Source of the DNA: Xanthomonas campestris pv. campestris str. ATCC 33913
GTDB taxonomy: Bacteria > Pseudomonadota > Gammaproteobacteria > Xanthomonadales > Xanthomonadaceae
Assembly (NCBI RefSeq): GCF_000007145.1
Contig: NC_003902.1
Coordinates: 2,726,497-2,758,496 of the forward strand
Length of the DNA: 32,000 bases
Reading direction: 5' to 3'
Shown here: positions 8,737-17,717 of the stretch, piece by piece
Layout of the letters: every line of letters begins with the position of its first letter
How positions within the stretch are numbered: position 1 is the first letter of the stretch
The notes under the pieces: generated by a model
The model's database searches: none
Seen by the model: only the letters and a program-made list of their open reading frames with translations
What the model was told of the DNA's origin: nothing
Position numbers and translations under genes: made by a program

Positions 8737-10194
8737 ATGCCCGGGACATCCGTTTCCGATCTGCCGACCACGGCCACCGCCGTGGACGCGCCCGCCCTGC
8801 TGCCCCTGCCCGTTGGCCGCCCGCAAGCGCCTGCCCTGGTGCGCGGCAAGCTGTACATCAAGACCCACGGGTGCCAGATGAACGAGTACGACTCGGCCAA
8901 GATGGCCGACGTGCTTGCCGCGTCCGAAGGACTGGAGCTCACCGACAATCCGGAAGACGCGGACGTGGTGCTGGTCAACACCTGCTCCATTCGCGAAAAG
9001 GCGCAGGAAAAGGTGTTCAGCCAGTTGGGCCGCTGGAAGGCGCTCAAGGCCGGCGGCAAGCCGGTGATCATCGGCGTGGGTGGCTGCGTGGCGTCGCAGG
9101 AAGGCGAAGCGATCGTCAAGCGCGCGCCGTACGTGGACCTGGTGTTTGGCCCGCAGACCCTGCACCGGCTGCCGGAGTTGATCCGTGCGCGCCGTGAGTC
9201 CGGCAAGTCGCAGGTGGACATCAGCTTCCCGGAGATCGAGAAGTTCGACCGCCTGCCCGAACCGCGTGCCGATGGCCCGTCGGCGTTCGTGTCGATCATG
9301 GAAGGTTGTTCCAAGTACTGCTCGTTCTGCGTGGTGCCATATACACGTGGCGAAGAAGTCAGCCGGCCGTTCGAGGACGTGCTGGTGGAAGTGGCGCAGC
9401 TGGCTGCACAAGGCGTGCGCGAGATCAATCTGCTCGGCCAGAACGTCAACGCGTATCGCGGTGCGTACGGTGCCGATGCTGGCGAGCCGGCGCAGTACGC
9501 CGATCTGGGGTTGCTGATCCGTACCATTGCGCAGATCGACGGGATTGGCCGGATCCGCTTTACCACCTCGCACCCGCTGGAGTTTTCCGATTCGCTGGTC
9601 GATGCCTACCGCGATGTGCCGCAGCTGGCCAATTACCTGCATCTGCCGGTGCAGGCCGGCAGCGACCGCATCCTGTCGGCGATGAAGCGCGGCTACACCG
9701 CACTGGAATTCAAGTCCAAGATCCGCAAGCTGCGCGCAGTGCGGCCAGACATCTCGATCAGCTCCGACTTCATCGTCGGCTTTCCGGGCGAGACCGACGC
9801 CGATTTCGACAAGACCATGAAGTTGATCGAGGACGTGGGCTTCGACCAGAGCTTCTCCTTTATCTACTCGCGTCGCCCCGGTACGCCGGCATCGGATCTG
9901 GAAGACGACACCCCCGATGCGGTGAAGCAGGCTCGCCTTGCACGTCTGCAGGCGCATATCAACGCGCATGCCGCCGGCATTTCGCAACGCATGGTCGGCA
10001 GCGTGCAACGCGTGCTGGTGGAAGGCCCGTCGCGCCGTGATGCCAATGAGCTCACCGGCAAGACCGAAAACATGCGCCCGGTGAATTTCCCGGGGAATCC
10101 GCGCCTGGTGGGCCAGTTCGTGGATGTGCTGATCACCGAAGCACTGAGCAATTCGCTGCGCGGGCGCATCCAATTGGACGACAGCGCGGCCTGA
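8737..10194 (+). CDS. miaB: tRNA-2-methylthio-N6-dimethylallyladenosine synthase (radical SAM methylthiotransferase)
   Basis: 485 aa with the UPF0004 N-domain ([12 protein letters not shown]...NTCSIREKA), radical-SAM cluster CSKYCSFC and a TRAM C-terminus. Confidence 0.95.
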   Translation: MPGTSVSDLPTTATAVDAPALLPLPVGRPQAPALVRGKLYIKTHGCQMNEYDSAKMADVLAASEGLELTDNPEDADVVLVNTCSIREKAQEKVFSQLGRWKALKAGGKPVIIGVGGCVASQEGEAIVKRAPYVDLVFGPQTLHRLPELIRARRESGKSQVDISFPEIEKFDRLPEPRADGPSAFVSIMEGCSKYCSFCVVPYTRGEEVSRPFEDVLVEVAQLAAQGVREINLLGQNVNAYRGAYGADAGEPAQYADLGLLIRTIAQIDGIGRIRFTTSHPLEFSDSLVDAYRDVPQLANYLHLPVQAGSDRILSAMKRGYTALEFKSKIRKLRAVRPDISISSDFIVGFPGETDADFDKTMKLIEDVGFDQSFSFIYSRRPGTPASDLEDDTPDAVKQARLARLQAHINAHAAGISQRMVGSVQRVLVEGPSRRDANELTGKTENMRPVNFPGNPRLVGQFVDVLITEALSNSLRGRIQLDDSAA

Positions 10195-10511
10195 GCGGGC
10201 AGCGCGCATTCTTGCCCTCCGGGAGACCTCACACGCTGATGCAGTTGGCGTGTGGTGGTCGCCCAGGTGCAGGCCGACGACGGTGGCGAGACATGGTGCA
10301 GGCGACGCAGTGCTGCGCCATGGCGGAAGCATTACGTGCCGCAGTGGTCGTGAGAAATGCCCGCAAGCGCGAAACGATTCTTGTCGGATGGCCAATGCGT
10401 CATTGACTAGCGCGCCGTGGCACGGTTCTGCACCGCAGCGATATCGCGCTGACATGCACGTCCATATGCATCGCTCCCAGTGCAGCATCACAGCGACGTG
10501 CTCAAACACGC

Positions 10512-10743
10512 GCCACGCGCCATGGTCATTTTTTCGCCATGCAACTGCAAGGCCTTGTCGCAGTAAGCGCGTCGTCACTTACCCACAGGCTTTGGCGAGA
10601 ACCATCCACATCCGGTGTGGACAACCTGCCACACGCTGGTCATTTTTTTGCCACATACTGTGCGAGCCTTGCGGCAGTAAGGCAAACCGAATCTATCCAC
10701 AGGTTACTGGTACGACGCTCCACACCCGGTGTGGAAAAGTCCT
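10512..10743. repeat. imperfect tandem duplication (2 x 116 bp) in the miaB-phoH spacer
   Basis: Unit A is 10512-10627 and unit B is 10628-10743. Both share, in the same order, GGTCATTTTTT(T), GCCTTG..GCAGTAAG, (T/C)TA(C/T)CCACAGG and the palindrome TCCACA(T/C)CCGGTGTGGA (10605-10621, 10719-10735). Roughly two-thirds identity by eye. Confidence 0.8.
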
Positions 10744-10868
10744 GGCTGCGCTCCGCACCTATGCACGACGCGGTGCTGCGCCGCCCGGTTTGCTGGTGGG
10801 ATCACGCCCCCCGCGCTACCCTTTTGCTCCCGTCCTACCGACGCCGCATTGCGGTGTCCGATCCAATC

Positions 10869-11855
10869 ATGAACTCACCAGCGTCCCGCGACTTCACCCT
10901 CGACCCGGCCGACACCGAGCGCCTGGCCAACCTGGCCGGTCCGTTCGATGCGCACCTGCGCCAGATCGAGCTCAAGCTTGGCGTGGAGATCGCCAACCGC
11001 GGCAACATCTTCCGCGTCACCGGCCCGGAGCCTGCGGTCGATGCCGCGCAGCATCTGCTGACCGCGCTATATGACGAAGCCGCCTCCACCACGTTCGACA
11101 ACCACGCCATCCATCTGCGGCTCAACGATGCCAATGTCGAGCAGGTGGCGCAGCGCGCGTACGAACCACAGGACGTGGCGATCAAGGTCAAACGCGGCAC
11201 CGTGCGTGGCCGCGGCGCCAACCAGGCCAAGTACCTGCACGCGATCACCACCCACGACATCAATTTCGGTATCGGCCCGGCCGGCACCGGCAAGACCTTC
11301 CTGGCCGTGGCCAGCGCCGTGGAGGCACTGAACGAGTCGCGCGTGCAGCGGCTGATCCTGGTGCGCCCGGCGGTGGAGGCTGGCGAGAAGCTGGGCTTTC
11401 TGCCCGGCGATCTCAGCCAGAAGGTCGACCCTTATCTGCGTCCGCTGTACGACGCGCTGTATGAAATGCTGGGCGTGGAAAAGGTGGTCAAGCTGCTGGA
11501 AAAGAACGTCATCGAGATCGCTCCGCTGGCCTACATGCGCGGGCGCACCCTCAACGACGCGTACGTGATCCTGGACGAGGCGCAGAACACCACCATCGAA
11601 CAGATGAAGATGTTCCTGACCCGCCTGGGCTTCGGTTCCACCGCGGTGGTCACCGGCGATCTCACCCAGATCGACCTGCCCAAGCACGTCAAGTCCGGGC
11701 TGCGCGATGCCATCGACGTGCTGCGCGAGGTGGACGGGGTGAGCTTCACCTTCTTCGAAGCCCGCGACGTCGTGCGCCATCCGCTGGTACAACGCATCGT
11801 CACGGCGTACGAAAAGCACGATCTCGCCCACACGCCGGCCGAACCCGCGGCCTGA
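10869..11855 (+). CDS. phoH: PhoH-like ATPase (YbeZ)
   Basis: ORF 10539..11855 trimmed to ATG 10869. MNSPASRDFTLDPADTERLANLAGPFDAHLRQIE aligns from residue 1 with E. coli YbeZ. Walker A GPAGTGKT. RPAVEAGEKLGFLPGDLSQKVDPYLRPLYDAL is nearly identical to YbeZ. Confidence 0.95.
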   Translation: MNSPASRDFTLDPADTERLANLAGPFDAHLRQIELKLGVEIANRGNIFRVTGPEPAVDAAQHLLTALYDEAASTTFDNHAIHLRLNDANVEQVAQRAYEPQDVAIKVKRGTVRGRGANQAKYLHAITTHDINFGIGPAGTGKTFLAVASAVEALNESRVQRLILVRPAVEAGEKLGFLPGDLSQKVDPYLRPLYDALYEMLGVEKVVKLLEKNVIEIAPLAYMRGRTLNDAYVILDEAQNTTIEQMKMFLTRLGFGSTAVVTGDLTQIDLPKHVKSGLRDAIDVLREVDGVSFTFFEARDVVRHPLVQRIVTAYEKHDLAHTPAEPAA

Positions 11856-12121
11856 AATCACGCCGATGCAGGCACCGCCAGGTGTCCTGCGCCCAGGTGG
11901 TGCGTCGCAATGTCGGCGTGGCGCAGGCATCTGCGCAACCCTAGCCATGCGACGTCATCGCTTCGCAGTGCCAGCGTTGCCCAGTAGGTCGAGGGCCTGC
12001 ACCTGACAAGGATCCAGTGCGTTATCTGACCGCTGCAGCACGGATGTGCCACTGACCTGCACGTGTTGGCCCGCAGCCCAGTGGCCGTAAACTAGCAGGA
12101 CGTTTCGCACAGGAAGTGCCC

Positions 12122-12994
12122 ATGTTCCGTGACTGCTTGCTGCTTTGCGTCTATTTGCTGAGTGCAGTGCCCGCGACACTGTTGGCCAAGCCCAAAGAGG
12201 CTCCAACATCACCGCGCGCCTACATCGAAACCAGCTATCTGATCGCACCCAGGACGGTAGGCCCGTTCTCTCTGGCCCGCAGGGCCTACACCCCGGACGC
12301 CAAGGCCGCCGGCGCCGCTTTCCATTACGCGATGTCAGGGCAACCGGATCTGTCGATCGATGTATTCGTCTACCCACTCGGGCAGCGCGATCAGACGCAA
12401 GCCATTGCAGAGGGCATGGCGGCATTTCGCAAAGACCTCGCGTCGGCAATGACGCAGGGCAGCTATTCGCGCCTGGACGAGCTGGACCAGACCACGCTTG
12501 TGCTGCCGACCAATGATGCGCCTGCCGCCGCGCCCGCCAATGGCACCGATGCCAAGGTCATCGCGGCCATCGCGGATGCCCAGCGGGTTGTCGGGGAAAA
12601 GCTGCGCCTCAGGACGCAACTGTCCTCGACCGGCAAGCCGATGCGTTCCAACGGCTATCTGTTTTATAAGCAGCTCTATTACTTCAAGGTGCGTGTGTCT
12701 GCGGACGAGGACGCTGTGGCTCAGGACGCTTTCGAGGCGTTGGCGGACCAAGCTGCACTGACACTGGTTCCAGCAATTCAGGTCACCAGCATCGGCGGCT
12801 GCGCCAAGGCGAGCATTCGCGTCGACGCTGACGCCACACCTGAGGAGCAGGCCGTGGCAATGGCGCGCGAGATCAAGACCCATCTGGGCTTCAACTGCTA
12901 TCGCACGCTCAAGGAGGCAGGGATCGAGGATGCAGCGAGAACGGCCGATGTGGTCGAAATCGCGTATGACGCAGGCGACTGGAAGTCGCAGTAA
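12122..12994 (+). CDS. hypothetical secreted protein (signal peptide, no recognised domain)
   Basis: ATG 12122 is preceded by AGGAAG at 5-nt spacing (the track ORF begins at GTG 12116). The N-terminus [24 protein letters not shown] looks like a Sec signal. The long ORF has no competing frame, but its codon usage is visibly less GC3-biased than its neighbours. Confidence 0.7.
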   Translation: MFRDCLLLCVYLLSAVPATLLAKPKEAPTSPRAYIETSYLIAPRTVGPFSLARRAYTPDAKAAGAAFHYAMSGQPDLSIDVFVYPLGQRDQTQAIAEGMAAFRKDLASAMTQGSYSRLDELDQTTLVLPTNDAPAAAPANGTDAKVIAAIADAQRVVGEKLRLRTQLSSTGKPMRSNGYLFYKQLYYFKVRVSADEDAVAQDAFEALADQAALTLVPAIQVTSIGGCAKASIRVDADATPEEQAVAMAREIKTHLGFNCYRTLKEAGIEDAARTADVVEIAYDAGDWKSQ

Positions 12995-13049
12995 AACAGC
13001 ACACGCGCGATACTGTTGCTCCTGTCTGATCAGAATGATTGGTGTCCCC

Positions 13050-13535
13050 ATGACCAAAGGTCCGGTCCGCCTCGACGTCGGAGTCAGCTATGCGCTGCCG
13101 CGCACCGGGCTACCGTCGTCGGTGAGTTTTCGCAAGTGGGTGGCGGCCGCGCTGAAGGGGCGGATCCGCGAAGCCGATCTGGCGGTACGCGTGGTCGACG
13201 AGAAGGAAGGCTGCTCGCTCAACCATCACTACCGCGGCAAGGATTACGCCACCAACGTGCTCAGCTTCCCGGCGGAGATGCCTCAGGGCCTGCCCAAGGG
13301 CGTCAAGATGCCGCTGCTTGGCGATCTGGTGATCTGTGCGCCGGTGGTGGCCCGCGAGGCCGCCGAGCAAGGCAAGTCACTGAGCGCGCACTACGCGCAC
13401 CTCACCGTGCACGGCACCTTGCACCTGCTGGGCTGGGACCACGAGGACGACAAGGAAGCCGACGCGATGGAACAGCTGGAGCGCGAGATCCTGGCCGAAC
13501 TCGGCATTGACGACCCGTACGCGGGAGAGCGCTGA
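13050..13535 (+). CDS. ybeY: rRNA maturation endoribonuclease YbeY
   Basis: ORF 12930..13535 trimmed to ATG 13050 (alternative ATG 13035). Zinc-binding motif [16 protein letters not shown]. Confidence 0.9.
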   Translation: MTKGPVRLDVGVSYALPRTGLPSSVSFRKWVAAALKGRIREADLAVRVVDEKEGCSLNHHYRGKDYATNVLSFPAEMPQGLPKGVKMPLLGDLVICAPVVAREAAEQGKSLSAHYAHLTVHGTLHLLGWDHEDDKEADAMEQLEREILAELGIDDPYAGER

Positions 13536-14053
13536 TGCGGCGGTGGGTGATGATTGGCCTGCTGGTGGCAGCTGCCTGCCCGGCCTGGGCGCAGACCGCG
13601 CCGGTGCGCCCGGATTTGCCGGCCCTGATCGAGTGCCGCCAGCGCATCGGCGACTTCTCCGCGTTGGCACCGATCCTGGCCGACCCGCTCAAGGCGGTGG
13701 CGCTGGGCTGGGCACCGCAGGCGCAGTCCAACCTGTTCATGACCGAGTACACGCTCAACACGCCGATCACCGTCTTCGGCCACAGCACCAACCATATTGC
13801 GTTTTCCGGTGCCAGCGTCATGGCGCTGCTCGACCTGCCCGACCCGCGCCCGCTGGCCAAGCAGCTGGACCTGGAGCTGGGTGTGGATAACGCCGACAAG
13901 GTGATGTACGGGCGCGAGGTGGTCAGCGAAGACACCACCAACCCGAAGACCGGCGAGGTGATGATCGAATCGATCGTGCTCAGCGTGTCGAATGTGAAAT
14001 CGCACCCCGGCAAGACCGTGGTGGGCTGCGGTTACAGCCTCGACTTGCCCTGA
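13535..14053 (+). CDS. hypothetical secreted protein
   Basis: 172 aa with signal peptide [21 protein letters not shown]. The ATG overlaps the ybeY stop (TGATG), and GGAGAG lies 5 nt upstream. Strong GC3 bias. No recognised domain. Confidence 0.7.
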   Translation: MRRWVMIGLLVAAACPAWAQTAPVRPDLPALIECRQRIGDFSALAPILADPLKAVALGWAPQAQSNLFMTEYTLNTPITVFGHSTNHIAFSGASVMALLDLPDPRPLAKQLDLELGVDNADKVMYGREVVSEDTTNPKTGEVMIESIVLSVSNVKSHPGKTVVGCGYSLDLP

Positions 14054-14382
14054 GCGCTGCGCGGCCCCGCTCGCCCGCCCATGCGGGCTGCGTCGCGCGT
14101 CTGGTCTGCCTCGACTTGGAATCAGCTCCGCGCTCCGGTGCTGAGCCGCGCCGATCTGGTGCTATCGGGACGGGATGGTCCCGACACGGCCCGACGTAGA
14201 TGGCCTGACGGACGCAGGGCAGCGGTGCGTCGCGGCGACCTGGATGCTGGCCCCACCGCCGCGCCGACCCACACCCTGCCCTGCGCGCCAGGTCAGCCAC
14301 AGCCCCCAGCCACAGACCACTCACGGCTTCCTGCTAGACTTGGCACTATCGCCTGGTTCGCCGGGTGCCGTTCCCCGTCAAG

Positions 14383-15261
14383 ATGTCCGAAGACGACAGT
14401 AGCCAAACCTCAGAATCCCCGGAAAAACGCCGTAGCTGGCTCGAGCGCTTGAGCGCGGCCTTCTCTGGCGAACCGCATACCCGCGACGAACTGGTCGCCC
14501 TGCTGCGCACCGCCGAACAAGACGGTCTCATCGCCGCAGACACCTTGCGCATGATGGAAGGCGCGATCTCCGTGTCCGAGCTCACCGTGGGCGACGTGAT
14601 GATCTCGCGCTCGCAAATGGTGTCGTTGCCGGTGGAAGCACGCTTCCTCGACCTGATGAAGCAGGTGGTCGAATCCGGCCACTCGCGCTTCCCGGTACAC
14701 GGCGAAAACAAGGACGAAGTGCTTGGCATCCTGCTGGCCAAGGACTTGTTGCGCGGCGTGGTGGCCGACAATGGCCCGGGCAACGTGCGCGAACTGCTGC
14801 GCCCGGCCGTGCTGATCCCCGAGTCGAAGAAGCTCAACGTCCTGCTCAAGGAATTTCGCCTCTCGCGCAACCATATGGCGATCGTGGTGGACGAGTACGG
14901 CGGCGTGGCCGGGCTGGTCACCATCGAAGACGTGCTGGAGCAGATCGTCGGCGAGATCGACGACGAGCACGACGATGCCGAAGAAGAGAATTCGTTGATC
15001 GCCATCCAGGCCGACGGCCGCTATGTGGTGGATGCGCTGACGCCGATCGAGGATTTCAACGAGCGCTTCGGCGCCGATTTCCCCGATGACGAATACGACA
15101 CCGTGGGCGGACTGGTCACCGATGCAATCGGGCATCTGCCGGAAACCGGCGAGGAGCTGACCCTGGGCCGGTTTGCGTTCCGCGTGGCCAAGGCAGACGC
15201 GCGTCGCGTGCACGCCTTCCACGTCACCATTCTGCCGCCCGACCCGCAGGACGACGCTTGA
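14383..15261 (+). CDS. corC: CorC/TlyC-family Mg/Co efflux-associated protein (CBS pair + CorC_HlyC domain)
   Basis: ORF 14365..15261; ATG 14383 is preferred over GTG 14365. CBS-pair region (VGDVMISRSQMV...HSRFPV) and HMAIVVDEYGGVAGLVTIEDVLEQIVGEIDDEHD are typical of YbeX/CorC. Confidence 0.9.
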   Translation: MSEDDSSQTSESPEKRRSWLERLSAAFSGEPHTRDELVALLRTAEQDGLIAADTLRMMEGAISVSELTVGDVMISRSQMVSLPVEARFLDLMKQVVESGHSRFPVHGENKDEVLGILLAKDLLRGVVADNGPGNVRELLRPAVLIPESKKLNVLLKEFRLSRNHMAIVVDEYGGVAGLVTIEDVLEQIVGEIDDEHDDAEEENSLIAIQADGRYVVDALTPIEDFNERFGADFPDDEYDTVGGLVTDAIGHLPETGEELTLGRFAFRVAKADARRVHAFHVTILPPDPQDDA

Positions 15262-16496
15262 ACCTGCGCCAGCGCAGCACCGCCGTGCGCGGGCCGGCAC
15301 GCCACGCCGCCGCATGGTGGGCAGGCTGCAGTGCACTCCTGCTGCTCGCCCTGCTGAGCCTGCAGAGCGCCATGGCGCAGGCGCCGCGCATCGGCGTGGC
15401 CACCATGCAGCCGGGCGAAGTGTTCTTCGAGCGCTTCGGCCATGACGCCATCGTGGTGGTCGACCCGGCCACTCAGCAGGTGACCTCGTACAACTTCGGT
15501 TTCTTCGATCCCGGTGAGCCCGACTTCGTGCCGCGTTTTGCGCGCGGCGAGATGATGTACTACCTGGTGGCGCTGCCGCTGGAAGAAGACCTCGCGCAAT
15601 ACCGCGACGGCGGCCGCGGCGTGAGCATCCAGTGGCTGGATCTGCCGCCAGAACAGGCGCAGGCCCTGGCCGATGGTCTGGCGGTGCGGAGCCGGCCGGA
15701 AAATGCGCGCTACCACTACGATTATTTCGTTGCCAACTGCGCCACGATGGTCCGGGACACCCTGGATCGTGCCATGGGCGGCGCGCTCAAGTCGCAATTG
15801 GCCGGCCGCTCGCGCGGCAACACCTTCCGCAGCGAAGCGGTGCGCCTGGCCTCCCCTGCCCCATGGATGTGGCTCGGCTTCGACCTGGGCCTGGGGCCGT
15901 ACGCAGACCGCCCGCTGTCGCGTTGGGAAGAAGCCTTCGTGCCGATGCGCCTGGCCGACAGCCTGACCCAGGTGCACAACAGCGCCGGACGTCCGCTGGT
16001 GCAATCCACCCAGGTGCTGTTGCCGCATCGCATTGCACCGGAGCCGGCCGAACAGCAACGGCACTGGTGGCCTTGGCTGCTGACCGGCGTGCTGGTCGCC
16101 GCGGGCGTGTTGGCAGTGCGCCGCAGGCAGCGTTTGCTGGCCGGCGCGGCGCTGCCGTTCTGGCTGTTGTGCGCCATCGGCGGCGGCCTGCTGGTGTATC
16201 TGTGGGGATTCACCGCGCACCAGTCTGCATGGGCCAACCGTAATCTGCTGCTGGTCAATCCGCTGTGCGTGTTGCTCTGCGTGGGCGGCATTACGCTGCT
16301 GCGCGGCCGCCGGCCGGGTCGCTGGTTCGATGTGTTGTGCTGGGTGGTCGCTGCGTGCGCGCTGCTGGCGCTGGTGATTCACTGGTTGTCGTTCCAGGCG
16401 CAGGACAACCTGCAGTGGGTGTTGCTGCTGCTGCCGATTCATGCCGCACTGGCCATCGCGCTGCGTCCGCGCGCCTTGCCGGTGCGTGCGCGCTGA
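15258..16496 (+). CDS. DUF4105-like periplasmic domain protein with C-terminal multi-TM region
   Basis: 412 aa with a signal peptide ending LSLQSAMA/QA. FERFGHDAIVVVD...YNFGFFD resembles the DUF4105 (Lnb N-terminal) family. The C-terminal third has about 5 hydrophobic helices. The start is uncertain: TTG 15258 overlaps the corC stop, and the alternative is GTG 15285. Confidence 0.65.
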   Translation: MNLRQRSTAVRGPARHAAAWWAGCSALLLLALLSLQSAMAQAPRIGVATMQPGEVFFERFGHDAIVVVDPATQQVTSYNFGFFDPGEPDFVPRFARGEMMYYLVALPLEEDLAQYRDGGRGVSIQWLDLPPEQAQALADGLAVRSRPENARYHYDYFVANCATMVRDTLDRAMGGALKSQLAGRSRGNTFRSEAVRLASPAPWMWLGFDLGLGPYADRPLSRWEEAFVPMRLADSLTQVHNSAGRPLVQSTQVLLPHRIAPEPAEQQRHWWPWLLTGVLVAAGVLAVRRRQRLLAGAALPFWLLCAIGGGLLVYLWGFTAHQSAWANRNLLLVNPLCVLLCVGGITLLRGRRPGRWFDVLCWVVAACALLALVIHWLSFQAQDNLQWVLLLLPIHAALAIALRPRALPVRAR

Positions 16497-16510
16497 TCCA
16501 CGATGCGGCC

Positions 16511-17509
16511 ATGAACAACCGTCGCCACCCGGAAAACCCGTCCTGCGTCATCACCTGCGCCTATTACGACGGCCACGGCGCGCGCCACGACATCAGCCTG
16601 GAACAGATCAGCGACGAGTTACAGCGCCCGGACGGCTTCGTCTGGGTTGGTCTGTACGAGCCGCAGGAATCGGTGCTGCGCAAACTTCAGGAAGAGTTCG
16701 GCCTGCATGACCTGGCGATCGAGGATGCGCTCAAGGCGCATCAGCGGCCCAAGGCCGAGAGCTATGGCAATTCGTTGTTCGTGGTGGTCAACACCGCGCA
16801 GCTGGTCAACGAACGGATCCGCTACGGCGAAACGCATGCCTTCCTCGGCGCACGTTTTTTGCTCACCGTGCGCCACGGCGCCTCGCTCTCCTACACGCCG
16901 GTGCGCCACCGCGTGGAACGCGAGCCGGCGATGCTGCGCATGGGCTCGGCGTTTTGCCTGTATGGCGTGCTGGACTTCGTGGTGGACAACTACCTGCCGA
17001 TCATGGACGAGTTCCGCGACACCCTGGAAGGCCTGGAAAAAGACATCTTCGCGGAGAACTACAAACGCGAAACCGTGGTGCGCCTGTACGAACTCAAGCG
17101 CGAACTCAACAAGATGCGGCTGGTGGTGGCCCCGCTGCAGGACGTGCTCTCGCACCTCAAGCGCAATCCCGGCTCGCTGATTCACGGCGAAGTCGGCGTC
17201 TACCTGCGCGATGTGCTGGATCATGCTGTGCGCATCAACGACGCCATCGACACCTTGCGCGAAATGCTGGGCACCGCGCTGAGCGTCAACCTCTCCATGG
17301 TGACCCTGGCACAGGGTGAAACCGTCAAACGCCTCGGCGCCTGGGCCGCCCTGCTGGCCGCCCCTACCCTGATCACCAGCTGGTACGGCATGAACTTCAC
17401 CCATATGCCCGAACTCGACAAACCCTACGCTTACCCGCTGCTGGTCGGCGGCATCGTTGCCTCCTGTCTCGTCCTGTATCGCCTGTTCAAGCGCGCGCGC
17501 TGGCTGTAA
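16511..17509 (+). CDS. corA: magnesium/cobalt transporter CorA
   Basis: ORF 16265..17509 trimmed to ATG 16511. The 332 aa product has a cytoplasmic domain, then two C-terminal TM helices with the signature WYGMNF. Confidence 0.9.
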   Translation: MNNRRHPENPSCVITCAYYDGHGARHDISLEQISDELQRPDGFVWVGLYEPQESVLRKLQEEFGLHDLAIEDALKAHQRPKAESYGNSLFVVVNTAQLVNERIRYGETHAFLGARFLLTVRHGASLSYTPVRHRVEREPAMLRMGSAFCLYGVLDFVVDNYLPIMDEFRDTLEGLEKDIFAENYKRETVVRLYELKRELNKMRLVVAPLQDVLSHLKRNPGSLIHGEVGVYLRDVLDHAVRINDAIDTLREMLGTALSVNLSMVTLAQGETVKRLGAWAALLAAPTLITSWYGMNFTHMPELDKPYAYPLLVGGIVASCLVLYRLFKRARWL

Positions 17510-17512
17510 AGG

Positions 17513-17531
17513 GCCACCGTGTTGCGGTGGC
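17513..17531 (+). terminator. hairpin immediately after the corA stop (possible terminator, no U-tract)
   Basis: GCCACCG-TGTTG-CGGTGGC: a 7-bp perfect stem with a 5-nt loop, starting 4 nt after the TAA. It is followed by a G-rich heptamer array rather than a T-run. Confidence 0.35.
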
Positions 17532-17560
17532 GGAATGGGGAGTTGGGAATGGGGAATTGG
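17532..17560 (+). repeat. G-rich tandem heptamer array (GGAATGG GGAGTTG GGAATGG GGAATTG G)
   Basis: Read directly from the sequence. It contains TGGGGAGTTGGGA (17536-17548), the perfect reverse complement of 18387-18399. Confidence 0.8.
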
Positions 17561-17717
17561 TAGAGCGGTGGTCGCTGAGCTTTTCGCTGGCGACTGCTCC
17601 TGGGCGTGGCTGAAGAGCATCGCTCCCGGCTGTCGTTCATGGCCGCCACTTGCGTTGAGCTCTTCGCCGTTGCTCTTGGCTTGAGTCTTTGCTTTCGTTG
17701 TACGCCTTTAGTTTCCT

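Noticed and set aside
10418-10432. Sigma-54-like promoter TGGCACGGTTCTGCA in the miaB-phoH spacer
   Set aside because: The GG-to-GC spacing is one nucleotide shorter than the strict -24/-12 spacing (TGGCACG-N4-TTGCW). No enhancer-binding protein context is present.
8434-10578. 714-aa ORF on the minus strand
   Set aside because: It is entirely antisense to the well-supported miaB gene. The product is Arg/Ala/Gly/His-rich with no recognisable motif. This is the typical spurious open antisense frame of high-GC DNA.
10512-10743. Chromosomal replication origin (oriC), suggested by clustered DnaA-like boxes
   Set aside because: There is no AT-rich unwinding element, no dnaA/dnaN/gidA neighbourhood, and the flanking genes are co-oriented housekeeping genes. 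I kept only the weaker hypothesis of a DnaA-binding or regulatory cluster (see findings). A lone one-mismatch box also occurs at 18280-18288, so single boxes are not informative.
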